DNA from: Octopus vulgaris
Taxonomy: Eukaryota
Reading direction: 5' to 3'
DNA: 64,000 bases
Assembly (NCBI GenBank): GCA_951406725.2
Contig: OX597832.1
Span: 2,542,001 to 2,606,000 of the forward strand
In this document: positions 49,044 to 62,797 of the stretch, piece after piece
How positions within the stretch are numbered: the first letter of the stretch is position 1
Layout of the letters: each line of letters starts with the position of its first letter
Program-made: the position numbers and the translations under genes
The notes under the pieces: model-generated
The model's database searches: none
What the model was told of the DNA's origin: nothing
What the model saw: the letters and a program-made list of their open reading frames with translations, nothing else

Positions 49044-50054
49044 TGACAACCAACTAATTGTCACATATATTTATAGATAAATTCCTCTATTTTACATAAT
49101 ATCGATGTCTCATTCATTCTTTTGTTGTCATATTATTATTATTAATACATACATACATATATATATATATATAATCTCTGTGTCTGTGTTTGTACCCCCA
49201 CCATCGCTTGACAACCGATGTTGCTGCGTTTATGTCCCCATAACTTAGCCATTTGGCAAAACACACTGATAAAATAAGTACTAGGCTTACAAGGAATAAA
49301 TTCTGCTCGAGCATGGCCACAGTCACATCACTGAAAAACGTAAAACAATAAAAAACTATGCCATTTTAATCCCAAGCTACACCAGGTATCTCTGCTAGTA
49401 TATTATATACATATTGAAAGTATTAGACTGAAAGTATTACCTCACTTTACAATAGACATGTTATTGTTTCACTTTTGACACGTAATACTGAAATAGTGTG
49501 AGGGATAAGATATTGCTCCAGGCTTGCTTTAGGCAAGAAGTTGAAAATTTTGTTGGCATATGACACTGCATGGACCCTAAGTAAGGCATGTGAAAAATTT
49601 GCATGAAATTGGTTGGGTTGTTCTGGAGTTTTAGTGATATCCACGTACAGACAGACACATATTCTCAGTTTTATATCTTATAGATAAAGTAAGTACTTGG
49701 AATATATTGGAATTTTAATCAAGAACACCTTCCCTTACATATTCTTCCAAATATTAATCTAAGACATTGTTATTTGGAGGCTCTGAGGTGAAGTTGTGAG
49801 GTTAATAACTTCATGATCACAAGTTCAAACCATGAACACACCCCTGGCGTTCCTTTTTGAACACTCTTTCTGTTATTGTAAATGTTCACCAATGTATAGT
49901 TATGTAATGATTGCTATCTAAACCTTAGTTCTTAAAATGTTCAGAATTACTAAGAAGTAAATTTCTATTTCAAATCATGATTTTCATTGTAGACTGTAAA
50001 GGAATATTTTATGACAATTTTTAGTAATTTTTATTATTGTTTTTTAATTTTTAG

Positions 50055-50157
50055 ATTTCAGTTCCAAATGCTTTAGATATGATGCTCACAGGGAAAACTA
50101 TTAAAACTGATAAAGCTAAAAAGATGGGTCTCGTTGATCAAGTTGTTGATGCCCTTG
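50055..50157 (+). CDS. HADHA: HADHA exon (human exon 7 equivalent)
   Basis: TTTTAG|...G|GTAAGT, 103 nt, reading [35 protein letters not shown]. Confidence 0.97.
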
Positions 50158-51693
50158 GTAAGTCAAGTATCAATAGTATTTCACATCTTGAGGGTGCGTA
50201 ATGAGTCTTGGATGAGACAGTAATACATATGACTAGTACAGAGTAGTATACATTACTTTGTAAGGAAGGTGGCATTGAAAGTGGTAAAGTCAAATCTCAG
50301 TACACAGGATATCACAGAAGAGATGATAAAAGAAAGAATTCATTGATGATCTGCTGTATCTCAGATCCACTACAAATCTATGTCAACATAAAAATAATGA
50401 CCTTCAACTTAGATAATGATGGCATTGATGATCTACAGTTTGTACTGATTTTGTTTCTAGTTGTGCACCACTGACATTAACCCCACCATCCCATCTAACA
50501 TATCCAACAATCAAAGTATTATATAATATTTTATTTCTCCATATTATTTACTTGATTCAAGATACACTTGAGTGTATCTTGAAAACTATTGAAGCTAAGA
50601 AATCCAAACTTTTTAGTAGTAATGTTACAAGCGAAAGATTCTCCTGAAACTTTTCTTTCTGAACAAGCTATTTGGTTACATGCTTGATGAACTATGGTTC
50701 CTATAAAAATGAAATCAGTTATATGTGAAATTAGATAGAAATATGGTATATTTACATAAATAGTTACATTGAAACTATTTCTTTCAGATGCTAGTTGGTG
50801 TTGAATATTTAAGTTAAAGCTATTGTCCTAAATGATTGTATCATGTACGTAAATCAAACTGAAGTGTAATTGCTTGCATAGTGTTACTGAAAAGAAAGGC
50901 ATGGAGCTTCTGAAGTAAATAAGAGATTGATTGCTGCCATTATAACCTTTATCCTTATTAAACAGCTACACTATACTGTCACTATATTGTAGAGTACAGA
51001 TGTTGTCATTAAAGTGTATATTTATTATACAAATGTGCCAAGTTTACTTTATTTAATATTCCACACACGCTGTTTCAATATGTACAGAGTGCCACTGATC
51101 GTTGGTTAATCTGGTTTAATTGTATGTCAGAACAATACTGATTTAATAAACATGAGTTTTCTCAAAATTAATGATTGCATTCACTGTAGAATAAGTTGTA
51201 AAAGCCTCTGTTTTAATATGGAATGGTGAAAGAATAGAATGGTTTTAAAAACAATACAAGAGAAAAACCAACAGTAGTATCTTGAGAGGATCTGTTGTGA
51301 TCCTCTCAAGATACTTGTGTTGGTTTCATAGTTTTCTATATTTTCTTACTCATTAAAGATGATAAAATTATCATTTTCTATTTTGAATAAGATTTTTCAT
51401 GTAGAATATTTTTACTGTATTTGTGTGTGTGTGTGTCAACCGATGCTGGTGTGTTTACGTCCCCGTAACTTAGAAGTTCGGCAAGAGAGACCGATAGAAT
51501 AAGTACTAGGCTTACAATGAATAAGTCCTGTAGTCAATTTGCTTGACTAAAGGCGGTGCACCAGCATGGCTGCAGTCAAATGACTGAAACAAATAAATGA
51601 ATAAATATATTATCTAAAATATTAAACTGTTCTTTTTTTCTTTTACTTGTTTCAGTCATTTAAATCCAGTAACATATTTTCTCTTTATTCTAG

Positions 51694-51763
51694 GCCCTGG
51701 ATTACAAAGTGCTGAAGATGGGACCTTAGCATACTTAGAGAAGATTGCTGTTGATGCTGCTAG
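51694..51763 (+). CDS. HADHA: HADHA exon (5' part of human exon 8 equivalent)
   Basis: TAG|...AG|GTATT, 70 nt, reading GPGLQSAEDGTLAYLEKIAVDAAR. Confidence 0.94.
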
Positions 51764-52619
51764 GTATTATTTAGGATTTCTGTTATTTCTATTATGAGTA
51801 AAACTGTATATATGATATATACAGTACTACAGAAGTGGAAGAGTTTGACAAACACATTGCCAGTATAATGGAAAAAGAAGAAAAGATTGCAATAAATTTT
51901 ATTCAGTAATTGATGTTTAAATTATTTTTAGAATGTTATTAAATTCTTTATTATCTAATTCAGTGTTTAACTATTCTAAGTTCAAACCCATTGAGCTTTA
52001 ATAACTAAATAAAAACAGTTGGAATCATGAAAATCCCCACTGAAAACTTCATGTTGTATGTAATCTTTGAAGGAAAAGGTGACTTGTCAAAGTTCAGATA
52101 TTTTGGGGTTGACTTTTTTCAGATATTTCTGGGGTTGACTTTTTTGTTTAATCTTGTATAGATTGTTAATGAAACAAATACACCAGTATCTCATTTTATA
52201 TTTCTTCTGTACAAAACCTCATTTTAACCAATAACAGTTCACCTTAGATACTGTACAGCTGCAACACTCCCTTATTTTCATCTGTAAAATGTATAATATA
52301 TATGTTTATTTATTTATGTACTTTTGTACAAGATATTTAATACTATTATCAATAACCATTAATATCTGTAGCCATCCTCTCATTTCCAGAAAACAACAAA
52401 AATCCTTGTATATGGAGCTTTTCATTTCACAGTTCCAATAACAGGATGTTTTCTTTGTCACATGCATGTGCATATGTCCAAGAGGCAAACAGGGGTGATA
52501 CTATGGCTCGTGTAGTGGCAGTTTATAGGCTGAGTGAGTGGGTGGGGTGTACATGTCTTTTGTTTCACTTACGTACCATATGCTATATTAAGAGTATTTG
52601 AATGTGTGGATGATATATC

Positions 52620-53933
52620 ATAGAGACTATGTAGAAGAATTTGAATTTATAATCATGACTTCCTTGCTTCCCCAAGAAACAAGTTCTATGACAGTGAGTG
52701 AACTTCAACAACTTATTTTTTCACAGATATCTCTTCATGACGAATTATTTTTAGAGGGACAACCATTTATGTTTTTACAATAGAGATTTATGGGGAGGTC
52801 CTGTAAATTGAATAATTCTAACCAATCGGTTGCAAACAGATTGGTTGCATTTTTAACAATGAAGACTTTTGTCGTGTATATTTTCCCTTGAAACGTGACA
52901 TTAGTCCACATTTTGCCTATGAAATTACATTTCATAGGCAAAGTTTAAAACTTTCACACATCCTATTGACTGTTCCTGTGTATGTGATAAAATCATCATT
53001 CTCTTTTATTGTTATATTCCAACACTCCATTCAAGTGTTAAATAGAGAAGTTTTATCATTGAATATGTTAGACAGTAATTCTATTGTTTCCTTAAAACAA
53101 ATTTCATTGGGTTTTTTGGACAATATGAAATTACAGTAACGTTCATGCTCTAATGGAGCTAATTTTCACAATAACAATCTCACTTTTTGTTCATCTGACC
53201 ATGATTTGTAATCTTGCTTAAAAATGTCCTCATACCTTCTGTAGTGCAATGCAAAAGTTATACCCTCCTCTGGGTTATAACTTAATTCATTAATTGAGTT
53301 CAAAATGCCGTCTGGCAAAAACGAATTTGCCTCATTTTTGGACTTCTTTGAATATAGCTCCAATAATTGTAGTTGTTGCTGTAATGGTTGCTTCTGCAAT
53401 GCCTGTTGCTGCTGTTGCAACTATGCTATGGAAGCTAATATGTCTTCTATTATTTAACAAGTTGTATCACGAACAAATTGTTAAATAACCTACGTGAGCT
53501 TTGAAAACCTTATTGCCAGATGTTCTAACACAGTTTATTATGTACAATAAAGAAAAGCAGACAACAGTAAAAAGAGTGTAACAAACTAAACAAATCTCTT
53601 TACAAACCAACAATCAATATTCCTTGTGAACTAACGTGAACTTTGCTCAACTCTGAACTCTGAGCTCACTCAGATCATTACTATTTATACTTTACTCAGA
53701 CCAGGCTATGTCTCGCAAGGGGGTGTTGTAACTCTCCATCACAAGGACAAATGTTGAATGCTTGTAACTGCAAGTTACACAGCTCACTTTTCGAGAACCA
53801 CGCTGTACCATTCCTGGTAATGTTCTCTTGTGTGTAGCAATAATTCCCCTTTTTATGGCTGCCAGCTCGTTCATCTCTCATCTCATGATTCCCATGTGGC
53901 TGCATGATATTACCTTTGAGAGTTCTATCTACA
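52620..53933 (-). mobile_element. Degraded Gypsy-type LTR element 5' fragment
   Basis: Gag-like YNPEEGITFALHYRRYEDIFKQD...KVRLLL and protease-like NLFATDWLELFNL. Putative LTR at about 53521-53933, followed by a TGG PBS-like sequence. Confidence 0.7.
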
Positions 53934-54748
53934 TATCAGGATACCAAATCAGCAACCCAATGCAACTATCACATGATGCAAATAATTTAAAAAAAAAAAA
54001 ATCCAGTACACTTATTATCTCATCATATAATACAAGTATAAAGCTATATCATTATGTACCAATGTAAAAATTATGGAAAGAATAGTTAGGGGAGAAAGGT
54101 GTTGTTGCAGAATCATTGAGACCCGCACTGCCAGCTTTAAAAACTATAATGACTTAATCTGAAAAGGTTGCCATGCAAAAGTCAAGTAAATATTACAATA
54201 CTTCTAAACTAACATACAGGTGCAGCAAAATCATGAAACATATGAAATAAAACTGTTATGTGAAGGCATTATTCTCTACTCAACCAAGTGACTATCTAGC
54301 AGAAGGCATTAAATTTATTTAATTAGTTGAAAGAAGATGATGTAATCCACTGTTAATAAAACTGTAATCAACTGAAGAAGTTATTTGATAACAGTGGCTG
54401 ATGATAAACATCAGCCTATAAAAGAATTCTTGAGAAATTATATCAAGTATGCCATAAAGGTATTTAAGATGCTTAAGAAGTTAATTGTATGTCTCATTGA
54501 GATTTAGAAAAAGTGTGTCCAAATGTAATTAGGAATGGCCATAGGATAGAAGATGAAACAGTTTCAGTCAGTTATACCCTTGTACAAATGTTAACAACAT
54601 ATAAATGTGGGACATATTGATTTCATTAATCAAGGTATTGATGTATTGGTGATATTCTGTGCTTATTCTCATAATCTATTCTCTTATAAATATTGTCCTT
54701 GTTCTTAGTCTACAGAAATATTTAATTTTATTTTATTTTCATTATCAG

Positions 54749-54804
54749 AAATCTTGCAAATAATGGTGGTAAAAGAGCACCAAGAAAGAAAAATCTCACT
54801 GAAA
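54749..54804 (+). CDS. HADHA: HADHA exon (3' part of human exon 8 equivalent)
   Basis: CAG|...A|GTAAGT, 56 nt, reading NLANNGGKRAPRKKNLTE-K. Phases 2 and 1 fit both neighbouring exons. Confidence 0.9.
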
Positions 54805-55236
54805 GTAAGTGTATTTCTATTCAATATAACCAATGAAGTATTTTTTTTATATAACCTAGTAGTTTATTCTATATTAACTTACATCAAACCTGTTGTTTTC
54901 TAAGAGATATTTATATAAGCAATAACCTCAACTAGATAACAAGAAATTTCTCTTGAAAATTCAGGAGAGATTTGGATTCAGTTCAGATCTGTAAATCTGG
55001 ATTACTACAATTTGGTAAACTCACCTCCCTGTTGTGATTAAATGGGCTTTTCTATTTTCTTTTTCTTGTATGGTTACTTTGTTGGTTTTAATTTAGGTGG
55101 ACTTTATACAACTGGCCAACAAAAAAAAAAAAAAATCAAATAGTATTAAACAGCCAAGAATGGACTAAATCTATGTAGTTTCCTACATTCTGATTGGTCA
55201 ACTGATTGTTTCTTGGTAAACTATATTTATAAAATA

Positions 55237-58200
55237 CTAGCAGAGGCACCCGGTGTTGCCTGGGAATGGAATTGTTCCTTATATATTGGAAGAAAAAAGC
55301 AAAATATGTTGTATAGAAATTTGTTATTCTAAATTCAATTTATTCTTCAATTGGGAAATCAATTCTGAATTCAATAATGAAAAACAAAAATACAAAAATT
55401 TACTACTTTATGAAGGGAGATAAATTCTATCACATATTGAAGGAAATTATGTAAGAGCTTCTGGGTAAACAAGATTCTTTGTTTTCTGATTTGGAGCATT
55501 GACAAATAAGTCTTGCAAACTACCAACCCTGGAGCAACCAACATAAAGTTGACCATGAGAAAAGCAAAGCTCAATAAAATGCAAGCCAGTAGATTTCAAA
55601 GTCTGACTTTGAGCTTTATTAATAGACATTGCATTGCAAAGTCTCACTAGGAATTGTGCCACTCAAAACGCATGTCTGTTGGTTTGATTAGAATTCTTGG
55701 AATGAAAACCTCTTCCCCAGAGGCACATCCAGTGATGATGGTAGCTTCTATCACATTTGGTGATAATGTCTTCACAATCAATCTTGTACCATTGCATAAT
55801 ATAGGAGCATCTCAATTTCTTAGAAGCATTATTAGATTCCTACCTTCAAAAAAAGTTTATATAGAGGAATTCCAGGTGGCTCAAGAGAATTTAAGGAACT
55901 CTGTTGAGTAATGGACAGCTTGATTTTCATCAAAGACTGAATCAACTGATTTGTACTTCTTAATGACTGTTGGAATCTTATTCATTAATTCATGGTTAAT
56001 CCTTGCTATTGTCTCATTTTTTGGATTAAGAATTGCCCTTTCACACAACCATTTATGTGAATTATAATCATCACTTAAGTCTGGTAATACCTTGTTCTTC
56101 AATTGAACTGGGGAATTCATCACGATAGCAATATGAGCCAATCTGATATCACCATTCCCATTAAGTGGTACTTTCTCATTTCCTAATTGGAGGAGGCAGG
56201 TTGAAAACTGTTTTGGACATTGGTCCCCATGTAATGAAGCTGGCATGTTAGTATTGAAGGAGAATTTCAGAACTTTATTCCAGAGGTGTGAAGACTTAAT
56301 GCATGCTTTTATTTCATCAGATCTTGTTTGTCTCAGGATGACTGGTAATGTCTGTCTGAATTCTCCTGATAAAAGTAATGTAAATCTTCCCATAAATTTA
56401 TTGTTGCCTCCAATGTCTTGTAAGGTGTTACCAAGGACTTCCATTGCACCTCTATGTGACATGGTGCATTCATCCCAAATGATAAGGTGGCATTGGCACA
56501 ACACTTCTGCTGAACCTGAATCTTTGCTTATGTTACAAATTGGATTGTTATTTGTGACTAGGTTTAGTGGTAATTAAAAGCAGAATGAGCTGTTCGTCCT
56601 CTTGTAAGAATGGTGGCAGCAATGCCAGACAATGCTACAGTAGCTGCAATTCTTTTTTGTTGCCTTACCTTCGAGAGAAGCAATGTTGTTACAAATGTTT
56701 TACCTCTACCACCAAGAGCATCAAGACAGAAAATTTCTCTGCTTTTTTTCTGACTGACGAAATAATTTTATCATATGCACAATTTTGTTCTGAAAGATGT
56801 TTAGGTTCATGTTCGTTCACAAATGCAGCCAACATTGATGTCATAATTTCTCTCTCTTACTATGCCTCTTGAAGTTAAATCACTAATTTGACAGTTTGTT
56901 TTTGGTAGTCCAGAGCCAGATACTCCTCCTAATTTTTGCCTCCCATGGTCAAAACTTGATCCTCATTTCAATCAGTGTTTGGTTAAAAATTGTTTCAGAG
57001 AACTGAATATTGATATCTGGGTTTGCCTGTTGAACTGCATACTTTAAGTCCTCACATTGTTTCATCCAAAGCTGTAGGGGACTGCCAAGTTGACACATGT
57101 TCAATATAATTGCAAAATAGTTATGAAGTTTTCTTGGAGAATCTGATACTGATGCTTCAGTCAATGCAAGGTCCTAATGCTGCTCATTATCTAAAAAAAC
57201 CTTGTTGATAGCATGCTTCCCTATAAGTTTCACACATGTGACCATTTACCCTCCTTGAATTTTGGAATGATTTGGGACCATGTACTTCAGGCAAAAGGAG
57301 CTGTAAGTAGTAGCATTCTGCTTGGGTTGGAGGGGACACTGTAAACTCTTGCACGTGTTTCAGCCCCATATTTCCTCTTGTGCCTTTTATTGTTTCTCCA
57401 GGTGTAATACTTGGGTAATTGTGGGTAAAGGAGTTTTCTTGCACCTTCATCTACTTGACACAACTTAAAAAAGGTAGTAAGGGTAGTTTATTTTGGAGAA
57501 AGTGCTTGTTGCATAGCTGTTTGTTTTGTAAAGATAACTCTGTGGCCATTCTCTAGTTGGACACTCAGATGAATGATGGCTGGGTGCGTCTCTTGAAAGG
57601 GAAAATTGAAGATGCGCCAAAAAGCCTCGTAGATACTGATGTATCTTCCTCTGTCATACTGTGCATCTTCGTCATTTTTATTTATCTGCTGATTACCATT
57701 CTGCATAAGAGTGTTGCAGCGTTTAAACCTGTTTATATATTTGCAAACATACTTATTAGAGTTAAAAGAGTTGCAGAATTCAACGTTGACTCTGGCTACC
57801 TGTACTTGTCTTTGCTTCATTGTAGAATACTGATCATCTACACCTACCCCGACTCCCCTCGTAGAGTGTAAGAATTCTGTTCTCGGAAACTTTTTTGAAA
57901 ATTAAAATGGGGATTAAATGAAAAAAATGAGTTATGTGAATATCTTCACAAGAGTGATTGAAATAAATGGCGATTGTGGAATGCCACAAGTACACATGCA
58001 TACAAACATCAGATTAAATGGACATAAAAGAGAGAGAGTGAGTGAAGGAGTGTGTTGTCATGTGTATGTACATAAATAAATATAATAATTACTATGAAGC
58101 ATTGTGTAGAATATATTGCATAAAGGATCGTGGGTAAGGCCAAAACAATGCAAAGTAAATGCAAGGTAAATCACAAGAAAACAAATATGTGAATTAATGT

Positions 58201-58819
58201 AGACTTTACTTTACATCTTTTTGTATGTATGTATGTGTGTGTGTGTGTGTGTGTGTGAGAGAAAGAGAGAGAGTGTGCCACTTAGACATCACTCTCTTTC
58301 TCTCTCTCTCTCTTTCTCTCACACACACACATACATACAAAAAAGGTGTATGCATATGTATTTATGTATGTATGCATACATAAATGCATACAAACATACA
58401 TACAAAAATACATGTGTATGTGTGACTGACTACAAATATACAGAGCTGAACACGGCACACAAAAAGTAAATAAATAAAACTTTTTATAGAAATTAATGAA
58501 GTGTGCAGGTTCAAGTGAAATTTGTGAACTTGAAATGAAAGCATTAAAATAGAGAATGAGAGATTTCGCAAATGAAAACAGAAAATTTTGCCATTGCTAC
58601 ATCAATACCGGATGTTGATATTGAGAAACCTTTTTAAAGAAGTGAATCATATATCTAAAGCAACATTATTTATTTTTAATAAAAAAAATAAACTGAAGAT
58701 CCTATTATATATCCAAGGTCAAATTATTCATGCATTCCAAGTATGGAAGCAATTCATGCAGCCATTTTCGCATAGAATGCAAATAAACACATACACACAG
58801 GTCTATTTTATATAAGAGA
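55237..58819 (-). mobile_element. Helitron with degraded Rep/PIF1-helicase sequence
   Basis: 5' TC at 58819, 3' hairpin CCCAGGCAACACCGGG plus CTAG ending at 55237, inserted at an A|T site. Remnants include INVE-like KYVCKYI, GRYIS, LIIWDECTM, GEFRQTLPV, NKAQSQTL and SHGQLYVGCSR. Confidence 0.92.
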
Positions 58820-58949
58820 TAATATTTGGGCAATGAAAAACTAAACTTTGATTTATTTTCAAATTAATTTCAATCTGTATCTCTGAAAAATAAATGTTCA
58901 CTGTTTTCTGCTCTCATTTTTCATATTCTGTTTCATGTTTCTGAATTAG

Positions 58950-59068
58950 AAATAACAGATCAAATATTGCAATATGAATTTGGAAGAAACTTTGTGTTTA
59001 AACAAGCAAGATCAAAGGTGATGAAACTCTCTGGAGGTCTCTATCCTGCTCCATTGAAAATCCTTGAT
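58950..59068 (+). CDS. HADHA: HADHA exon (human exon 9 equivalent)
   Basis: TAG|...GAT|GTAAGT, 119 nt, reading ITDQILQYEFGRNFVFKQARSKVMKLSGGLYPAPLKILD. Confidence 0.96.
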
Positions 59069-59122
59069 GTAAGTTCTTAATAGCTTCTTAGTTTGTAAAA
59101 ATGTTAATGAATGTTTATGCAT

Positions 59123-59207
59123 AGGTGCAGAAGTGGCTGTGTGGTTAGTAGCTTGCTTACCAACCACATGGTTCTGGGTTCAGTCAGACTGCATGGTACC
59201 TTGGGCA
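59123..59207 (+). mobile_element. SINE 5' head fragment (tRNA-like)
   Basis: GGTGCAGAAGTGGCTGTGTGGTTAGTAGC...GGGTTCAGTC...ACCTTGGGCA with A-box/B-box-like motifs. Confidence 0.6.
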
Positions 59208-60185
59208 TACACCGATAAAATAATAGTGTGCGGTAAAAAACATGATTTCATAAAACAACTCATGTCAGCCACAAACTCAACTGAATTAGGAGATTTAATA
59301 GCCTATGCTAAAAATACAAACAGCACCAATATAAATAAACAATGAAACGACATATACTGCAATACTCCAAACCTGCTAAGCATTATAACTTCAGCAGCAA
59401 CAGAACTAAATGTAGAAACTGTATCCATTCCAATATGGCAGCAAATCCAACAAAAAAACAGAACTATTTCCCGAAATGAACTGCAAATTTCATAATGTTC
59501 ACACCTCCATCAATATTTTCACAGCATGGCTAAAACATCATAACTTTGACCCAGAAAAATTTGCACAAGAGACATTTGAGGTTTGCCACAAATTACACCC
59601 CCCCAAAAATGGACTTCATATTACGGGAACATCAAGCAGTGGCAAATCCTACATACTACGATCGATTCGTAATGGACTAATGAATACAGGAAGAATGCGA
59701 TGCCAATCATTGGACAGTTTCACTTTTGGAACCTGTATAGATAAACCCTTAATCTATACAGACGAAATGTGGTTTACCACAAATAATGTTGAAGGAGGGA
59801 AGTGCATCAACTTACATCAACATAAAGCATCAAAATGAAAGATGTTGAAAAGAACACCAAGCCTCTCCACAAGTAACACAGACCCATGGAGGGTGGTCCC
59901 TCAAGATGAAAATGCAATAAAAATTCGTTTATTCTACTACAAAACAAAACAATCAATGCCCCAACTGAAAGAATGGGGAAAAGTAGAATTAAACTCCTCA
60001 TGTGGCTGACAATTTGGAAAAAATATATTGACCGCTACATAGAACACAAATATACAGAAATCTATGTACAAACAAAACCACCACCAGAATTGGACATCTA
60101 CACTATAATACCATCGGACTATGATTCTCCTAAAAGTAAACGGAGAATTAACAAAATGAAAAGAAAACTGTTAAAAACTCTTTGA
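59208..60185 (+). pseudogene. Endogenous parvovirus/densovirus-like NS1 (SF3 helicase) fragment
   Basis: Across frameshifts: Walker A KNGLHITGTSSSGKSY, FTFGTCIDKPLIYTDE (Walker B), INIKHQ (B'), KRTPSLSTSN (motif C) and AIKIRL (Arg-finger region), in NS1 order. Contains stops and frameshifts. Confidence 0.8.
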
Positions 60186-60351
60186 ATCATTACTTTTCAA
60201 CAAATATATTGATAAAATTTAGTAATTGGTTTAGTTTGAATTGACTGGGTGATCTGGTCAATCTTGATTGAGTAAAACTTGATAACTCATTTGATTTATA
60301 AAATTATTTGCTTTTAAATTTTATGTTAAATATTTATTTTCTGTCATTAAG

Positions 60352-60408
60352 GTAACAAAAAAAGGTTTAGAACAAGGTCCCAAAGTTGGCTATGATGTAG
60401 AAGCTAAG
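60352..60408 (+). CDS. HADHA: HADHA exon (human exon 10 equivalent)
   Basis: AAG|...AAG|GTAAGG, 57 nt, reading VTKKGLEQGPKVGYDVEAK. Confidence 0.94.
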
Positions 60409-61521
60409 GTAAGGTATTGATTTTTTAAGCCATTATTTACTGTCTTTTTATATATATATATATATACTACTATTTATTGACTCTTTTAATATTGCATTAT
60501 AAAAATCATAAAGTTTTAAGATTTGGGCCACTTTAAAGTTTCAGAAATTCAAACTTTACTTCATCTTATAGGACTGGCTTTATTTTTTAACTGGTTATAT
60601 GACTGTTGCTGTCTAAATGAATGATTGCACAATAAAAAATCAATCAAAAGCAAGTAAAATTATATTAAGACAAACTACTGTTTATGTGTTCTAATAACAG
60701 CCTTGTTTATATGGTATCAATAAAAGAGAAAGAGACAAAATCCACTATCAAAATTTTGTTAGATTCTTGAACTTTTCCTGAAAGAGTTTATTGAAGGAAA
60801 TAAAATCATCTTAGATATATGAAAAATAAAGAAACAATAATCCATTGAGCTGCATATTGAGAAAATTTTGTGTCAACAATAGATTAAAACAAATATTTCT
60901 TAATTCTGAAGAAAAATAAATTTGCTTCCATAAAGTTTTATCAGGTTTGTAGTTCAATAGAAGTGGTGAACTCCATCATGTGGGGCATCTTTTATTTTAA
61001 CCCTTTGGCGGTCAGTGTAATCAACTTACCCCCTCTCCTGAATTTGCTGGCCTTCTGCCAATATTTGAAACCAATATTAGCAGTGGATAGGAACAATATG
61101 ATTTTAGAGAAGTAAGCAATATTTTATCATCTGCATGAGAGTTTGTAGTTAATATTGATTATTAGGTGGTAAGACGAGAGCGAGTCTACACTATTTGGAT
61201 ATTATGTATAGCAAAGTCAAAGAAAACTAAATAATATTTAAAGCTAGTTGATAACTAGGATGATAAAAGTCAGTGATTGTTGTTAACAGCCAAAATAAGG
61301 TTTGAGGAAACTTGTCTTGAGTCAGAGTCTGCTTTAAGGCAGTTGTACTTGACAGTAAAAATTGTTTAGTGTCAGATAAGAGAGGAAGAAACTACTCTCA
61401 ATGGGAAAAACTTGGAAATAAATCTATATTTCTTTTCTTTCTATTTTTTTTTTTGATGACAATAATAATGAGAGAAATGAAAATATTCAGGAATTTTTAA
61501 ATAATTATTAATATTTTACAG

Positions 61522-61631
61522 GAATTTGGTTTACTTTCCATGACAAAAGAAAGCCAGGCTCTTATTGGCTTATATGATGGGCAGACTGCAACAAAGAAAA
61601 ACAGATTTGGAGCACCAAAACGAGAAGCCAA
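61522..61631 (+). CDS. HADHA: HADHA exon (human exon 11 equivalent); the gene continues beyond the window
   Basis: ACAG|...AA|GTACG, 110 nt, reading EFGLLSMTKESQALIGLYDGQTATKKNRFGAPKREA-K. Confidence 0.96.
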
Positions 61632-61950
61632 GTACGTTTTTTTAATAATAGCTTTATATCTATAGTAATACTTTCTCTTTGTTAACTTTACCATTCCTAA
61701 TAAGAGAACCATGTATAATATTAGTTACTTCGGGAGATAGATCACCAACTATTATGTGAGCTTCAAGTCACTAGAATTGCATTTTTTAATGAGTTGATAT
61801 AAAAATATATTTTCCAAACTTTTGTTTGGTTCTGGAGTTCTCTATCTTCATTAAATAGGTCTTTCCTTGTACTTACAGTAATCCCTTGCCAACCAATGCC
61901 TTGTGAGTAAATTTTGTATAGGAAAACAGTATGGAAACCTGCTTTGTGTT

Positions 61951-62001
<51 letters not shown>

Positions 62002-62170
62002 GTATATATATATGTGTATATATATATGTGTATATATATATGTGTATATATATATGTGTATATATATATGTGTATATATATATGTGTATATATATATGTG
62101 TATATATATATATATATGTGTATATATATATATGTGTATATATATATGTGTATATATATATGTGTATATA

Positions 62171-62226
<56 letters not shown>

Positions 62227-62231
62227 ATATG

Positions 62232-62316
<85 letters not shown>

Positions 62317-62585
62317 GTGTATGCATATATGTGTGTGTATATATGTGTATGCATATATATGTGTGTATATATGTGTATGCATATATGTGTGTGCATATGT
62401 GTGTACATATATGTGTGTACATATATGTGTATACATATATATGTATATATATATGTGTATATATATATGTGTATATATATATGTGTATATATATATATGT
62501 ATATATGTATATGTATGTATGTATATATGTATGTGTATATGTATGTATGTATATATGTATATATATATATGTATATGTATATATG

Positions 62586-62618
<33 letters not shown>

Positions 62619-62668
62619 GTATGTATATATATATGTATATATATGTATATATATATATGTATATATAT
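61951..62668. repeat. Long (TA/TG)n low-complexity tract
   Basis: Seen directly. Confidence 0.98.
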
Positions 62669-62765
62669 CATCATCATTGTTTAAGGTCCGTTTTCCATGC
62701 TAGCATGGGTTGGACGGTTCGACCGGGGTCTGGGAAGCCAGAAGGCTGCACCAGGCTCCAGTCTG

Positions 62766-62796
<31 letters not shown>

Positions 62797-62797
62797 T

